In this document: positions 7,991 to 17,150 of the stretch, piece by piece
Position numbering within the stretch: the stretch's first letter is position 1
How the letters are laid out: every line of letters starts with the position of its first letter
Origin: an uncultured virus (IMG/VR IMGVR_UViG_3300042520_001628)
Taxonomy: Duplodnaviria > Heunggongvirae > Uroviricota > Caudoviricetes
Strand: one strand, 5' to 3'
IMG/VR virus record: IMGVR_UViG_3300042520_001628
DNA: 20,000 bases
Position numbers and translations under genes: made by a program
Notes under the pieces: model-generated
What the model was told of the DNA's origin: nothing
Databases searched by the model: none
What the model saw: only the letters and a program-made list of their open reading frames with translations

Positions 7991-8677
7991 ATGAATACAG
8001 CGACACAAATTACGTTGAGCAAGACAACACTTGCTATCCTGAAGAATTTTGCATCACTCAATTCGAATATCCTGGTAAACCCAGGAAATACAATCAAGAC
8101 AATCACACCTTCGATGAATGGTATGGCTGAAGCGATTGTAGAAGAAACATTCGATACTCAATTTGGTATTTGGGATCTGAATAAGTTTCTTGGAGTGATT
8201 AGTCTTTTTACAAATCCAACTTTTGAGTTTGGTGAGAAGTCTGTTACAATTTCAGGTAGCAATAATTCTGTTGTTAATTTTGGTTACTCTGAACCACGAC
8301 TTTTGACTACACCTACGAAGAATGTTAATATGCCAGAGATTGCAGTAGAAGTGAACATTACACAGGAAATGTTCTCTGAACTTAGTCGAGCAAGTTCTAT
8401 CATGCAATTACCTGATATTTCATTCGCTGGTAATGAAGATGGTATCTTCGTTGAAGTATCAGATAGGGCTGATCCATCAAGTAATAGTTGTAAGATTCGT
8501 CTTGATGACAACTTAGATGATAAGGACTTTGCATTCCATTTCAAGATGGAAAATATCAAACTCCTTCCAGGAAACTATAAGATTTCTTTCGCCAAGCAAC
8601 TTGCTGGGCGATTTGAGAATGAGAATATTCAGTTGACCTACTGGTTTGCGATGCAACCAGATTCTTACTGTAAGTGA
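7991..8677 (+). CDS. gp45: DNA polymerase sliding clamp gp45
   Basis: LSKTTLAILKNFASLNSNILV, FGIWDLNKFLGVISLF, FKMENIKLLPGNY and YWFAM. 228 aa, directly upstream of gp44. Confidence 0.96.
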   Translation: MNTATQITLSKTTLAILKNFASLNSNILVNPGNTIKTITPSMNGMAEAIVEETFDTQFGIWDLNKFLGVISLFTNPTFEFGEKSVTISGSNNSVVNFGYSEPRLLTTPTKNVNMPEIAVEVNITQEMFSELSRASSIMQLPDISFAGNEDGIFVEVSDRADPSSNSCKIRLDDNLDDKDFAFHFKMENIKLLPGNYKISFAKQLAGRFENENIQLTYWFAMQPDSYCK

Positions 8678-8683
8678 TTTATT

Positions 8684-9634
8684 ATGAAAACAAACCCAGA
8701 ACACTTTCTCTTTGTAGAGAAATATCGACCCAAGACTATCGATGAATGCATTCTTCCCGTGTCCTTGAAGCAAACCTTCAAGGACATGGTTGCTAAGGGT
8801 GAGCCACAAAATTTATTGCTTTTTGGTACTGCTGGTACTGGAAAGACCACAGTAGCCAAAGCATTATGCAATGAAATGGGATGTGATTGGATCATCATCA
8901 ATTGCTCTGAAGAGGGTAATATTGATACTCTACGCACAAAGATTCGGCAGTTTGCTAGTACAGTTTCTTTTTCTAATGGTGTCAGGAAAGTAGTTATTCT
9001 TGACGAGTTTGACTATTCAAATGCGAATAGTATTCAACCAGCCCTTCGTGGAGCAATTGAAGAGTTTGCAAATAATTGTAGATTTATTATTACTTGCAAC
9101 TACAAGTCTAGGATTATTGAACCTATCCATTCACGATGTACTTGTATTGACTTTACAGTTTCTCAAGAGGAAAAGAAGCAAATCTGTACGCAACTTTATA
9201 CTCGTTGTGAGCAAATTCTTAAGAATGAAAAGATTAAATATGAATCTCAAGTTCTAGCAAAGCTTATCAATAAGCATTTCCCAGATTTTCGTAGAATTTT
9301 GAATGAACTTCAGCGATATTCTGTATCTGGAATTATTGATCATGGTATTCTGGTAAATGTTACAGATTTGGAAGTCAAAAATCTTATTGACTTTATGAAA
9401 AAGAAGGACTTTTCTTCTGTGCGTAAGTGGGTAGCGGCTAATGTCCATCTATCACACACGGATATTTTTCGAAAAATCTACGACAATCTAGCAGAGGTTC
9501 TAACCAAGCAATCTATCCCACAGGCCATTATTGTGATCGGTGAATACCAATATAAGGCTGCATTTGTAGCAGATCAGGAAATTAATATGGTAGCGTGTTT
9601 AGTAGAATTGATGATGAGTTGCGAGTTTAACTAA
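8684..9634 (+). CDS. gp44: Clamp loader large subunit gp44 (AAA+)
   Basis: FVEKYRPKTIDECILP, Walker A GTAGTGKTT, Walker B ILDEFD, SRC motif (IHSRC) and FPDFRR. Confidence 0.97.
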   Translation: MKTNPEHFLFVEKYRPKTIDECILPVSLKQTFKDMVAKGEPQNLLLFGTAGTGKTTVAKALCNEMGCDWIIINCSEEGNIDTLRTKIRQFASTVSFSNGVRKVVILDEFDYSNANSIQPALRGAIEEFANNCRFIITCNYKSRIIEPIHSRCTCIDFTVSQEEKKQICTQLYTRCEQILKNEKIKYESQVLAKLINKHFPDFRRILNELQRYSVSGIIDHGILVNVTDLEVKNLIDFMKKKDFSSVRKWVAANVHLSHTDIFRKIYDNLAEVLTKQSIPQAIIVIGEYQYKAAFVADQEINMVACLVELMMSCEFN

Positions 9635-10011
9635 TGGATCTTGGTGAATACTTAAATTCTATTAATAAGTCCAAAAAGGATATAATCGGTTCAAATGAAC
9701 AGGGAGAACGGGGTTATATCCCTTTTGTTATCAATAAGTCACTTTCTTATCACAAAGATGCTATTTTTCATGCTAATTTTATGAATTTAAAGCCCAATCT
9801 TGATAAGAAAATGCAGTATGATTATTATCTGCACTCCTTACCAAAGGGTAATAGATATGCAAAGTGGCATAAAGACGATAAAGGCTCCATAGAGCCTATT
9901 ATGGAGTTTTATGGATATTCTAGAGCCAAAGCTACAGAAGTGGCTAAAATCCTTTCAGAAAGCCAGCTAGAGGCCATAAAAGAGTCATTAAATAAGGGTG
10001 GAAAGTCCTAA
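9634..10011 (+). CDS. gp62: Clamp loader small subunit gp62
   Basis: YLNSINKSK, YIPFVINKSLSY, MQYDYY, YGYSRAKA and a C-terminal KGG. TAATG coupling to gp44. Confidence 0.93.
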   Translation: MDLGEYLNSINKSKKDIIGSNEQGERGYIPFVINKSLSYHKDAIFHANFMNLKPNLDKKMQYDYYLHSLPKGNRYAKWHKDDKGSIEPIMEFYGYSRAKATEVAKILSESQLEAIKESLNKGGKS

Positions 10012-10014
10012 AAA

Positions 10015-10022
10015 TATAAATA
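10015..10022 (+). promoter_or_regulatory. T4-type late promoter upstream of regA
   Basis: Exact TATAAATA in the gp62-regA gap, with a GGAG SD at 10036-10039. Confidence 0.65.
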
Positions 10023-10044
10023 ATTTATATTTTATGGAGTTAAA

Positions 10045-10449
10045 ATGACAGAAGATGACGATATTTTTGATGGCCTTGGTGTAGAGATTAATCTTAAAAA
10101 TAAAGAAGATTTTCTTAAGGTAAAAGAAACATTGACAAGAATTGGAGTTTCTTCCAAAAAAGAGAAGAAATTATTCCAATCTTGTCATATTTTACATAAA
10201 CGTGGTAGATACGCGATTATGCATTTTAAAGAAATGTTCTTACTTGATGGTCTTGAAAGCGACATATCAAATGATGATATAGGTCGTAGAAATACCATTG
10301 TAAGGCTTTTGGTTGAATGGAATCTAATAGATCCAGTAGATGCAGATGAATACAAAGAACCACAGATTTCTTTGGCTAGACTTAAAATTATACCACATAA
10401 AGAAAAACAAGAATGGCAATTGATACCTAAGTATCACATAGGTAAGTGA
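10045..10449 (+). CDS. regA: Translational repressor RegA
   Basis: DFLKVKETLTRIGVSS, LFQSCHILHKRGRYAIMHFKEMFLLDG, RRNTIVRLLVEW and WQLIPKYHIG. Confidence 0.97.
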   Translation: MTEDDDIFDGLGVEINLKNKEDFLKVKETLTRIGVSSKKEKKLFQSCHILHKRGRYAIMHFKEMFLLDGLESDISNDDIGRRNTIVRLLVEWNLIDPVDADEYKEPQISLARLKIIPHKEKQEWQLIPKYHIGK

Positions 10450-10475
10450 CCTAAATAGATAAAAGGATTTATACT

Positions 10476-11318
10476 ATGGAATATGTGCAAGCAATCGGTG
10501 CTCCTTTTTCTATTAACTTTTCTTCTAATTCTAACCTAAAACCTAAAAATTTTGAATGGACGCAAGAAGACAGTCCAATCAAAGTTTTTATTGATTCTGC
10601 TATTCCTCATGGGATAAACTATAGGAAAAAACCAGGTGAGAAAAAAATTGCATGGATCTGCGAATCAAGAGCTATCTTTCATTCTTGGTCAGTACCTCGC
10701 AATGTGCTTGATCAACTTATTCCACAGCTTGAAGAGAATTATGATGCTATTTATTTTGCAGATAGGGAATATTGCAAGAAAAGTTCGAAATTTCATTTCT
10801 CATTTGCTGGAAGTAACTTACCTTGGGTAAAAGAACATAAAGTTTTTTCGAAATCTAAATTATGTTCTATGTTTGCTTCATCTAAAAAAGTAACTCCAGG
10901 TCATGCTTTACGGCATCAAATAGCTGAGAATCTTAAAGGTAAAATTGATATATTTGGTGGTGCTGCCAATACACAAAGAGTTGGTTCAGCAGAGTCACCA
11001 TGGGATTCAAAATTTCAATATCTTAATGATTATATGTTTCAGATTGTCGTAGAAAATGATAAGTATGAAACTTACTTTACAGAAAAATTAACAGATTGTT
11101 TTGCAACTGGAACTATACCTGTGTATTGGGGTGCTCCTGATATTGGTAAGTATTTCAATACAGATGGTATGATAATAATCAATGATCAAATAGATTTAAA
11201 TTTATTGACATCTGATTATTATTATAGTAAAATAGATGCAATAAAAGAAAATTTTGATATAGTACAAAAAATGCGAGGATCAGATGATATTCTTTATGAT
11301 CTGATAAAACAACTATGA
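10476..11318 (+). CDS. Glycosyltransferase, GT10 (alpha-1,3-fucosyltransferase-like)
   Basis: GT10 motif YMFQIVVENDKYETYFTEKLTDCFATGTIPVYWG. Also SMFASSK...GHALR. Confidence 0.85.
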   Translation: MEYVQAIGAPFSINFSSNSNLKPKNFEWTQEDSPIKVFIDSAIPHGINYRKKPGEKKIAWICESRAIFHSWSVPRNVLDQLIPQLEENYDAIYFADREYCKKSSKFHFSFAGSNLPWVKEHKVFSKSKLCSMFASSKKVTPGHALRHQIAENLKGKIDIFGGAANTQRVGSAESPWDSKFQYLNDYMFQIVVENDKYETYFTEKLTDCFATGTIPVYWGAPDIGKYFNTDGMIIINDQIDLNLLTSDYYYSKIDAIKENFDIVQKMRGSDDILYDLIKQL

Positions 11319-11986
11319 AAACACCGCTAGTAAGTTTTTTTGCTGATATAGATGGTCGAACATATTATAGCGATCATGCAAAACGATTCATTAAAAATTG
11401 TAAAGATTTAAATATTCCTTTTATAATAAGAGAACTTCAATCTAAAGGTGATTATAGATCTAATTGTTTATCAAAACCAAGATTCATCTATGAGATGGCA
11501 AGAGAAATTAATATTCCATTTGTATGGATGGATATTGATACGATTATTCACAAATCTCTAGATGTATTTGATGATTTAGCACCAAATTGTGATTTAGGAT
11601 TTGCATTTCCAAAAATACCAACAAAAGATGACCCGTCAATGGCTTTACCAAAAGCATCTCCTATTTTTGTAAATAATACAGCAGCTTCTATTGAATTTTT
11701 ATATGAATGGATGAAATTATCTGAGCAAGTAAAAAATCAAGATGTTAAATTATTTGATCATGAAGTTTTAGTATCATTGTTTATAAAAAATATTAAAAAA
11801 ATAAGAGTTGGTTGTTTACCAAAATCATATTGTATATGGCCAGGTGAAGAATATGAAGGTGAAAAGTATATAACAATGGGTTTAGCAGACAGTGAATCTA
11901 AACAGCAAACATTAAAACAAATGGGATTTGATGATTCAGCTATAGAATATCAAAGTGTTGGTAATAAATTTTTGGAGCCATTATGA
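11315..11986 (+). CDS. GT-A fold nucleotide-diphospho-sugar transferase
   Basis: KPRFI...FVWMDIDT (DxD) and FLYEW...LFDHEVL...LPKSYC. ATGA-coupled within the GT cluster. Confidence 0.72.
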   Translation: MKTPLVSFFADIDGRTYYSDHAKRFIKNCKDLNIPFIIRELQSKGDYRSNCLSKPRFIYEMAREINIPFVWMDIDTIIHKSLDVFDDLAPNCDLGFAFPKIPTKDDPSMALPKASPIFVNNTAASIEFLYEWMKLSEQVKNQDVKLFDHEVLVSLFIKNIKKIRVGCLPKSYCIWPGEEYEGEKYITMGLADSESKQQTLKQMGFDDSAIEYQSVGNKFLEPL

Positions 11987-12579
11987 ATTATTATGTTGAA
12001 TATTGGGACTGTGGTAATGAAGAAAGAAATGATGAAGTAATAAATTGTATTAATAATAATATTAAATCTAATTTTTTTAAAAATATTTTTATTTTTTCTG
12101 AAAAAAAAGAAAAAAAATTGTTACACGAAACAATTAAAGCTTCAAGAATAACATATCAATATATTTTTGATAATTGTATTGATGGTATTAATATATTTTG
12201 TAATTCTGATATGGAATTCGATGAAACAATAAAATTAGCAGAAAATATTAAAGAAGATGAGTTTTATGCATTAACAAGATATGAAGATGATATGATGCTT
12301 CATAAAAGTACGGATCCGTATAAAGGATATGATTCACAGGATGTTTGGATTTGGAAAGATAGATGTAAAATTAAAAATGCTAATTTTTTCTTAGGATTGC
12401 CTGGTTGTGATAATAAGATTGCTTATTATGCAGAGCAATTTGGTTATAAAGTTAAAAATCCATCACTTTCCATTAAAACTTATCATAGACATTTAACAAA
12501 TATACGTGATGGTACATCAGCAGACTTATCTAAAAGACTTCCTCCACCATATAAACTAATACCAATAACTAAATTATGA
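11983..12579 (+). CDS. Uncharacterised GT-A-like protein (paralog 1)
   Basis: NSDMEFD, FYALTRYE, SQDVWIW, LGLPGCDNKI and KTYHRH. Clearly paralogous to 14095-14829. Confidence 0.6.
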   Translation: MNYYVEYWDCGNEERNDEVINCINNNIKSNFFKNIFIFSEKKEKKLLHETIKASRITYQYIFDNCIDGINIFCNSDMEFDETIKLAENIKEDEFYALTRYEDDMMLHKSTDPYKGYDSQDVWIWKDRCKIKNANFFLGLPGCDNKIAYYAEQFGYKVKNPSLSIKTYHRHLTNIRDGTSADLSKRLPPPYKLIPITKL

Positions 12580-13244
12580 AATTTTTAACTTTTTTAAATT
12601 CTGGATGCGTTGAAATATGTAAAAATATGCTTAAATCAGCAGAAAATGTTGGTTTAAATATGGATGATTTTATAATTGCATGTATAGATGCAGATGCATA
12701 TAAACAAATGAAAATATATAAAGGAGCATATTTAGCATTTGAACATGAAATAAAAGAATACAAAAATTGGTCATTTGATGATACCAGTGACTTCAGAAAA
12801 ATAGTAAAATATAAATGGAAAATTATAAAAGATAATTACGAAAAACATAAAGAATTATGTTTTGTTGATACAGATATTGTATTTTTAATTAATCCATTAC
12901 CACTTATTGAGAATAGCGAAAGAATTTTATTTCAGTCAGATAGACCAGGATCCACTATATGTTCTGGTTTTATGGTTTTTAATTCTTCGATAAAATGTCA
13001 AAAACTTATTGATATATGTGGAAGTGATACAACTGATGATGATCAGCTTTTAATAAATAAAATAGCAATAAGCGAAGAATTTGGAAATGATATTGCTTTA
13101 TTAAATCAGACTAAATTTCCAAATGGTTATATTTATTATCAACTAAAGATAAGAGATAATCCAATAATAGTTCATAATAATTTTATGGTTGGTATTGATG
13201 AAAAAATAAAAAAATTTAAAGAAGAAAATTTATGGTTTATTTAA
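12576..13244 (+). CDS. Nucleotide-diphospho-sugar transferase (PF03407 / GT77-like)
   Basis: FVDTDIVFLINP, ICSGFM, DDQLLIN, LLNQTKFPNG and IVHNNFMVGIDEKIKKFKEENLW match GT77/Nucleotid_trans motifs. Confidence 0.82.
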   Translation: MKFLTFLNSGCVEICKNMLKSAENVGLNMDDFIIACIDADAYKQMKIYKGAYLAFEHEIKEYKNWSFDDTSDFRKIVKYKWKIIKDNYEKHKELCFVDTDIVFLINPLPLIENSERILFQSDRPGSTICSGFMVFNSSIKCQKLIDICGSDTTDDDQLLINKIAISEEFGNDIALLNQTKFPNGYIYYQLKIRDNPIIVHNNFMVGIDEKIKKFKEENLWFI

Positions 13245-14098
13245 AAGATGATTTTTTAAGACCTAAAGCAGAATATCCAGTATATCCTCCATATCATCAA
13301 GGATTATATCTAGAAGAATATTTTCACAAAAGATGGAATGAAGATAATATTAATTCTGATAGAAAATATATTGATATTTTTTGGACAAATATTTATTGTA
13401 ATAGATCAAATATTCAAAACTATTTTAATTTTGACTTGCAAAAATATTTAAAAGATAATTTAGATTATAGTAAAAAATATTTTACTATATGTCAACATGA
13501 TGATGGTCCTTTTGAAGATCTTCCACAAGATACATTAATTTTTTCTGCTGGTGGAAATAGAACAAAAGGACAAATAATACCGATCCCATTGATATGTGGA
13601 CCTATACCAGTAGTAGAAACTGAATATCTGAAAAAAGATATATTTGCATCGTTTATAGGATCTATAACACATCCTATTAGACAATTAATGATAATGTCTT
13701 TACAAAATAAATCTGATTATTATTTAAAATTTGGACAATGGAATCCAAATATTAGTGATGATAATTTTAAATTATTTACTAATATAACAAGAAGAAGTAA
13801 ATTTACTTTGTGTCCACGTGGGTATGGGGCAAGTAGTTTTAGACTCTATGAAACATTTCAATTGAACTCCGTACCAGTATTCATATCTGATAAATCTTAT
13901 TTGCCATGGAAAAATGATTTAAATTGGAATAAATTTTGTATTTTAATAGATCCATATGAAATTCCATATTTAGATGATATTTTAAAATCTATATCAGATC
14001 AAAAGTATAACAATCTTTTAGAAAATGGAAAAAAAATTTATAGAGAATATTTTACATTAGAAAGCACATATCAAAAAATTAAAACTTTAATCATATGA
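13232..14098 (+). CDS. Exostosin-family glycosyltransferase (GT47-like)
   Basis: KDIFASFIGS..HPIR and SKFTLCPRGYGASSFRLYETFQLNSVPVFISD...LPW. Confidence 0.87.
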   Translation: MVYLKDDFLRPKAEYPVYPPYHQGLYLEEYFHKRWNEDNINSDRKYIDIFWTNIYCNRSNIQNYFNFDLQKYLKDNLDYSKKYFTICQHDDGPFEDLPQDTLIFSAGGNRTKGQIIPIPLICGPIPVVETEYLKKDIFASFIGSITHPIRQLMIMSLQNKSDYYLKFGQWNPNISDDNFKLFTNITRRSKFTLCPRGYGASSFRLYETFQLNSVPVFISDKSYLPWKNDLNWNKFCILIDPYEIPYLDDILKSISDQKYNNLLENGKKIYREYFTLESTYQKIKTLII

Positions 14099-14829
14099 AA
14101 AAAATTAACTTACATATACCAATATGGGATAGTCAAAATGAAGAAAGAAATAATGAAATTATAGATAGTTTTCAGAAAAATATAAATTTAAAAATATTTA
14201 ATTATTTTTATGTTTATCTTGAAAATGATAATGGAAAAAAAATACTAAATGAAATTAAAAATAATAATATTATAGAAGTTATATTAAATAAAAGACCAAC
14301 ATATCAAGATATATTTGACACATCAAATATTATCTCAAATGAATCAATTAATATTCTAATTAATTCTGATATTTTTTTCGATGAAACTATAAAATTAGTG
14401 CAAAATATAAAAGACGATGAATTTTATGCTATAACACGATATGAATTAAATGGTAATTTGTTTTGGATAATACAAGATAATATATCGAAAGATTTTCCAT
14501 ATTCACAAGATTGTTGGGTTTGGTGTAATTCGGCAAAATTTAAAAATTCAAATTTTTATTTAGGCCAACCAGGTTGTGATAATAAAATTGTTAATGAAGC
14601 TTATATTGCTGGATATAAAATAAAAAATCCATGTTATGATATAAAAACTTATCATAATCATGCATCTAATATTAGAAATGGTACATCACATTCTAATAAT
14701 TATAATACTGAAATACATTTAAAACCAAAAATGTATGTAAAATGTGGAAAAATCCATGAATTAAAAGAACTTGGTTTAATGGACGAAACTGAAAAGGGAT
14801 TATGTTCAGTAATAGAGCAAAAAAATTAA
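14095..14829 (+). CDS. Uncharacterised GT-A-like protein (paralog 2)
   Basis: RPTYQDIFD, NSDIFFD, FYAITRYE, SQDCWVW, LGQPGCDNKI and KTYHNH. Confidence 0.6.
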   Translation: MKKINLHIPIWDSQNEERNNEIIDSFQKNINLKIFNYFYVYLENDNGKKILNEIKNNNIIEVILNKRPTYQDIFDTSNIISNESINILINSDIFFDETIKLVQNIKDDEFYAITRYELNGNLFWIIQDNISKDFPYSQDCWVWCNSAKFKNSNFYLGQPGCDNKIVNEAYIAGYKIKNPCYDIKTYHNHASNIRNGTSHSNNYNTEIHLKPKMYVKCGKIHELKELGLMDETEKGLCSVIEQKN

Positions 14830-14901
14830 TTAATACTTTTTATATTTATAATAAATTGATTAATATAAAAAAATAGTAATATATAAACAAATGAGAAAAA
14901 T

Positions 14902-15639
14902 ATGAAAAAAATTTTATTTCAAATAGCTAATTATAGTGATCAAAGACAAAATATTTTTGATCAATTGTATTCAGTAAAAACTAAACAATTTGCTGACATA
15001 TATGGATATGAATATCAAGTATATAAAGGTCCATGTATGTTTAGAAATTGTAGTTGGCAAAAAATTTATTATTTAAATAATTTAATTGAAACAAAACAAT
15101 TAGATATTAATGATAGAGTTTTATTTTTAGATGCAGATACTTGCATCAAAGATATTAATGAAGATTATCCATTTAAAAGTAATTTTAATTATTCTATAGA
15201 TAATGGAAATACACATTGCATGGGAATATGGGGAATGAAAATTTGTTCTTGGACAGTTAACTTAATTAAAAATTTAATGAATGATGAATTATATGAGTCA
15301 TGTAAAAATACAGATTTATGGAAATTATGGTCTGAACAAGGTGCGTGGTATACTCTAGCTGGTATACCACGACATAGCTGGAAAAATTATTTTGAAATGC
15401 CAAATAATGGCTGGCATCAAACAGAAGATGAATTTTTAAAAACTAAAATAAAATATTCAATAGATGAATTGACAGAAAATGTTTATATTTCTGGACCTGA
15501 ATGGAATACAACTTTATTAGATGAAGATAAAGACAGTATTGGTGATGGAGTTTTACAATATAATATTGTAAAAAGTAAAAAATCAGATACAAAAATAAGA
15601 CATTTTGCTGCTCAACAATGGAGACTTGATTATCTATAA
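14902..15639 (+). CDS. Glycosyltransferase, GT34 (GMA12/MNN10)-like
   Basis: FADIYGYEY, SWQKIYYL, VLFLDADT (DxD), EQGA, EWN and IRHFAA. Confidence 0.7.
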   Translation: MKKILFQIANYSDQRQNIFDQLYSVKTKQFADIYGYEYQVYKGPCMFRNCSWQKIYYLNNLIETKQLDINDRVLFLDADTCIKDINEDYPFKSNFNYSIDNGNTHCMGIWGMKICSWTVNLIKNLMNDELYESCKNTDLWKLWSEQGAWYTLAGIPRHSWKNYFEMPNNGWHQTEDEFLKTKIKYSIDELTENVYISGPEWNTTLLDEDKDSIGDGVLQYNIVKSKKSDTKIRHFAAQQWRLDYL

Positions 15640-15654
15640 TTAAAGTTATAAAAA

Positions 15655-16293
15655 ATGAATTTGGAAATAGATCACATTTATATTTGTCATTGGAATAAAT
15701 TAATAGAAAGAAAAGAACATATTATTAAAGAATTAAATTTTCATAAAATAAGCAATTTTTCTTTTGTTGAAATATATGATAAAGATAATTTAGATATTAA
15801 TGAAATAACTAAAGAATATCCTAAATTATTTAAATTAACAGATAGAGATAAAAGATATTTAAAATTATCAGAAATTTCTTTGTTATTAAAACATTGTTGG
15901 ATTGTAAAAGATGCAAAATTAAAAAAATATAAATCAATAATGATATTAGAAGATGATGTAGTTTTTGATAAAAACTTTGTTGAATTGTTTAATCGATATA
16001 AAAAACAATTACCAGAGGATTGGGATTGTTGTTGGGTTGGAAGTTGTTGTAATATACACACACCTAGTACTAAAAATATTAATGTGTATCCAGCAAAAAC
16101 TTCAAGATGCTGTCATTGTTACATTTTAAGTGAAAATTGTATCAATAAAATTTTAGATGAAATTATAAATATCAATGAAGGAATTGATTGGTATTATAAT
16201 GATTTAATTAAAAAATTAAATTTAAATGCTTTTTGGTTTGAGCCTTCATTGGCAGAACAAAGTGGAAATTTTTCAACAACAGTACAGAACTGA
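15655..16293 (+). CDS. Glycosyltransferase, GT25-like
   Basis: IYICH...ERKEHI, LSEISLLLKHCWI, IMILEDDVVF, LPEDWD, HCYILS and IDW. Confidence 0.82.
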   Translation: MNLEIDHIYICHWNKLIERKEHIIKELNFHKISNFSFVEIYDKDNLDINEITKEYPKLFKLTDRDKRYLKLSEISLLLKHCWIVKDAKLKKYKSIMILEDDVVFDKNFVELFNRYKKQLPEDWDCCWVGSCCNIHTPSTKNINVYPAKTSRCCHCYILSENCINKILDEIININEGIDWYYNDLIKKLNLNAFWFEPSLAEQSGNFSTTVQN

Positions 16294-16301
16294 GAAATAT
16301 T

Positions 16302-17150
16302 ATGAATATATCATTTGCAGATTTTTGGGATGGTTTTCAGGATAATAATAACTTTTTTATAGATTTATTAAAAACAATAAATTCAAATTTTAATTTAGTT
16401 CCATTTTCAAATGAAACAGAAATTTTAATTTATTCTTGTTTTGGACATACTCATCATCATGCTAATAGATCAAAAGTTAAAAAAATATTTTATACCGGTG
16501 AAAATTTAAGACCAAATTTTAATGAATGTGATTACAGTTTAACTTTTGATTTTGATTCTTATGATGGAAGAAATATTCGTCTTCCGCTATGGATGTTGCA
16601 AATAGATTGGTTTAATAAAAAAGGATATAAAAATCCACAATATGTTATACCACTAAATGATATAAGAAAAAATCCATTAATGGATAAACCAAAACAACAA
16701 TTTTGCTCAATTGTTTTTAATGGTAGATCTCCACATAGATGGGAAATAATTGAAAAATTAAGTAAATACAAAAATGTTCATTGTTATGGTAAACCTTTTG
16801 GTAACTGGTTTTATGGAGAGGATGTTAAATTGAATGTAATTTCAAATTATAAATTTAATATTTGTTTTGAAAATTCTATATCACCTGGTTATCACACCGA
16901 AAAAATGATCCACGCAAAAACAGCTGGATGTCTTCCATTATATTGGGCTGATAATAATTGTGAAAAAGATTATAACAAAGATTCATTTTTAAATTTATAT
17001 AATTTTAATAATTTAGATGAGTTTGTGGAAAAGATAATACATCTTGATACAGATGATTCTGCATATAATGTAATAACTTCTGAATATTTATTTAAAGATA
17101 AAGAACCTTCGCTAGATTTTATTAAAAATCAATTAATAAAAATTTTATGA
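16302..17150 (+). CDS. Alpha-1,3-fucosyltransferase-like, GT10 (Helicobacter FucT-type)
   Basis: KIFYTGENLRPNFNECDYSLTFD, RNIRLPLW, FCSIVFN and YKFNICFENSISPGYHTEKMIHAKTAGCLPLYW. Confidence 0.9.
   Translation: MNISFADFWDGFQDNNNFFIDLLKTINSNFNLVPFSNETEILIYSCFGHTHHHANRSKVKKIFYTGENLRPNFNECDYSLTFDFDSYDGRNIRLPLWMLQIDWFNKKGYKNPQYVIPLNDIRKNPLMDKPKQQFCSIVFNGRSPHRWEIIEKLSKYKNVHCYGKPFGNWFYGEDVKLNVISNYKFNICFENSISPGYHTEKMIHAKTAGCLPLYWADNNCEKDYNKDSFLNLYNFNNLDEFVEKIIHLDTDDSAYNVITSEYLFKDKEPSLDFIKNQLIKIL

Noticed and set aside
1..10449. Introns, inteins or homing endonucleases in the core genes
   Set aside because: UvsW, gp47, gp46, gp44 and the others are uninterrupted and of normal length, and no GIY-YIG, HNH or LAGLIDADG motifs were seen.
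14830..14901. Possible internal promoter in the AT-rich gap before the GT34-like gene
   Set aside because: TTGATT and TATAAT-like words are present but poorly spaced, and the gap is almost entirely A/T, so chance matches are expected.
10476..17150. Classical T4 alpha/beta-glucosyltransferase hmC DNA-modification system
   Set aside because: No dCMP hydroxymethylase or agt/bgt-like gene is recognisable in the window, and the families present are oligosaccharide-type. DNA modification is kept only as a lesser alternative.
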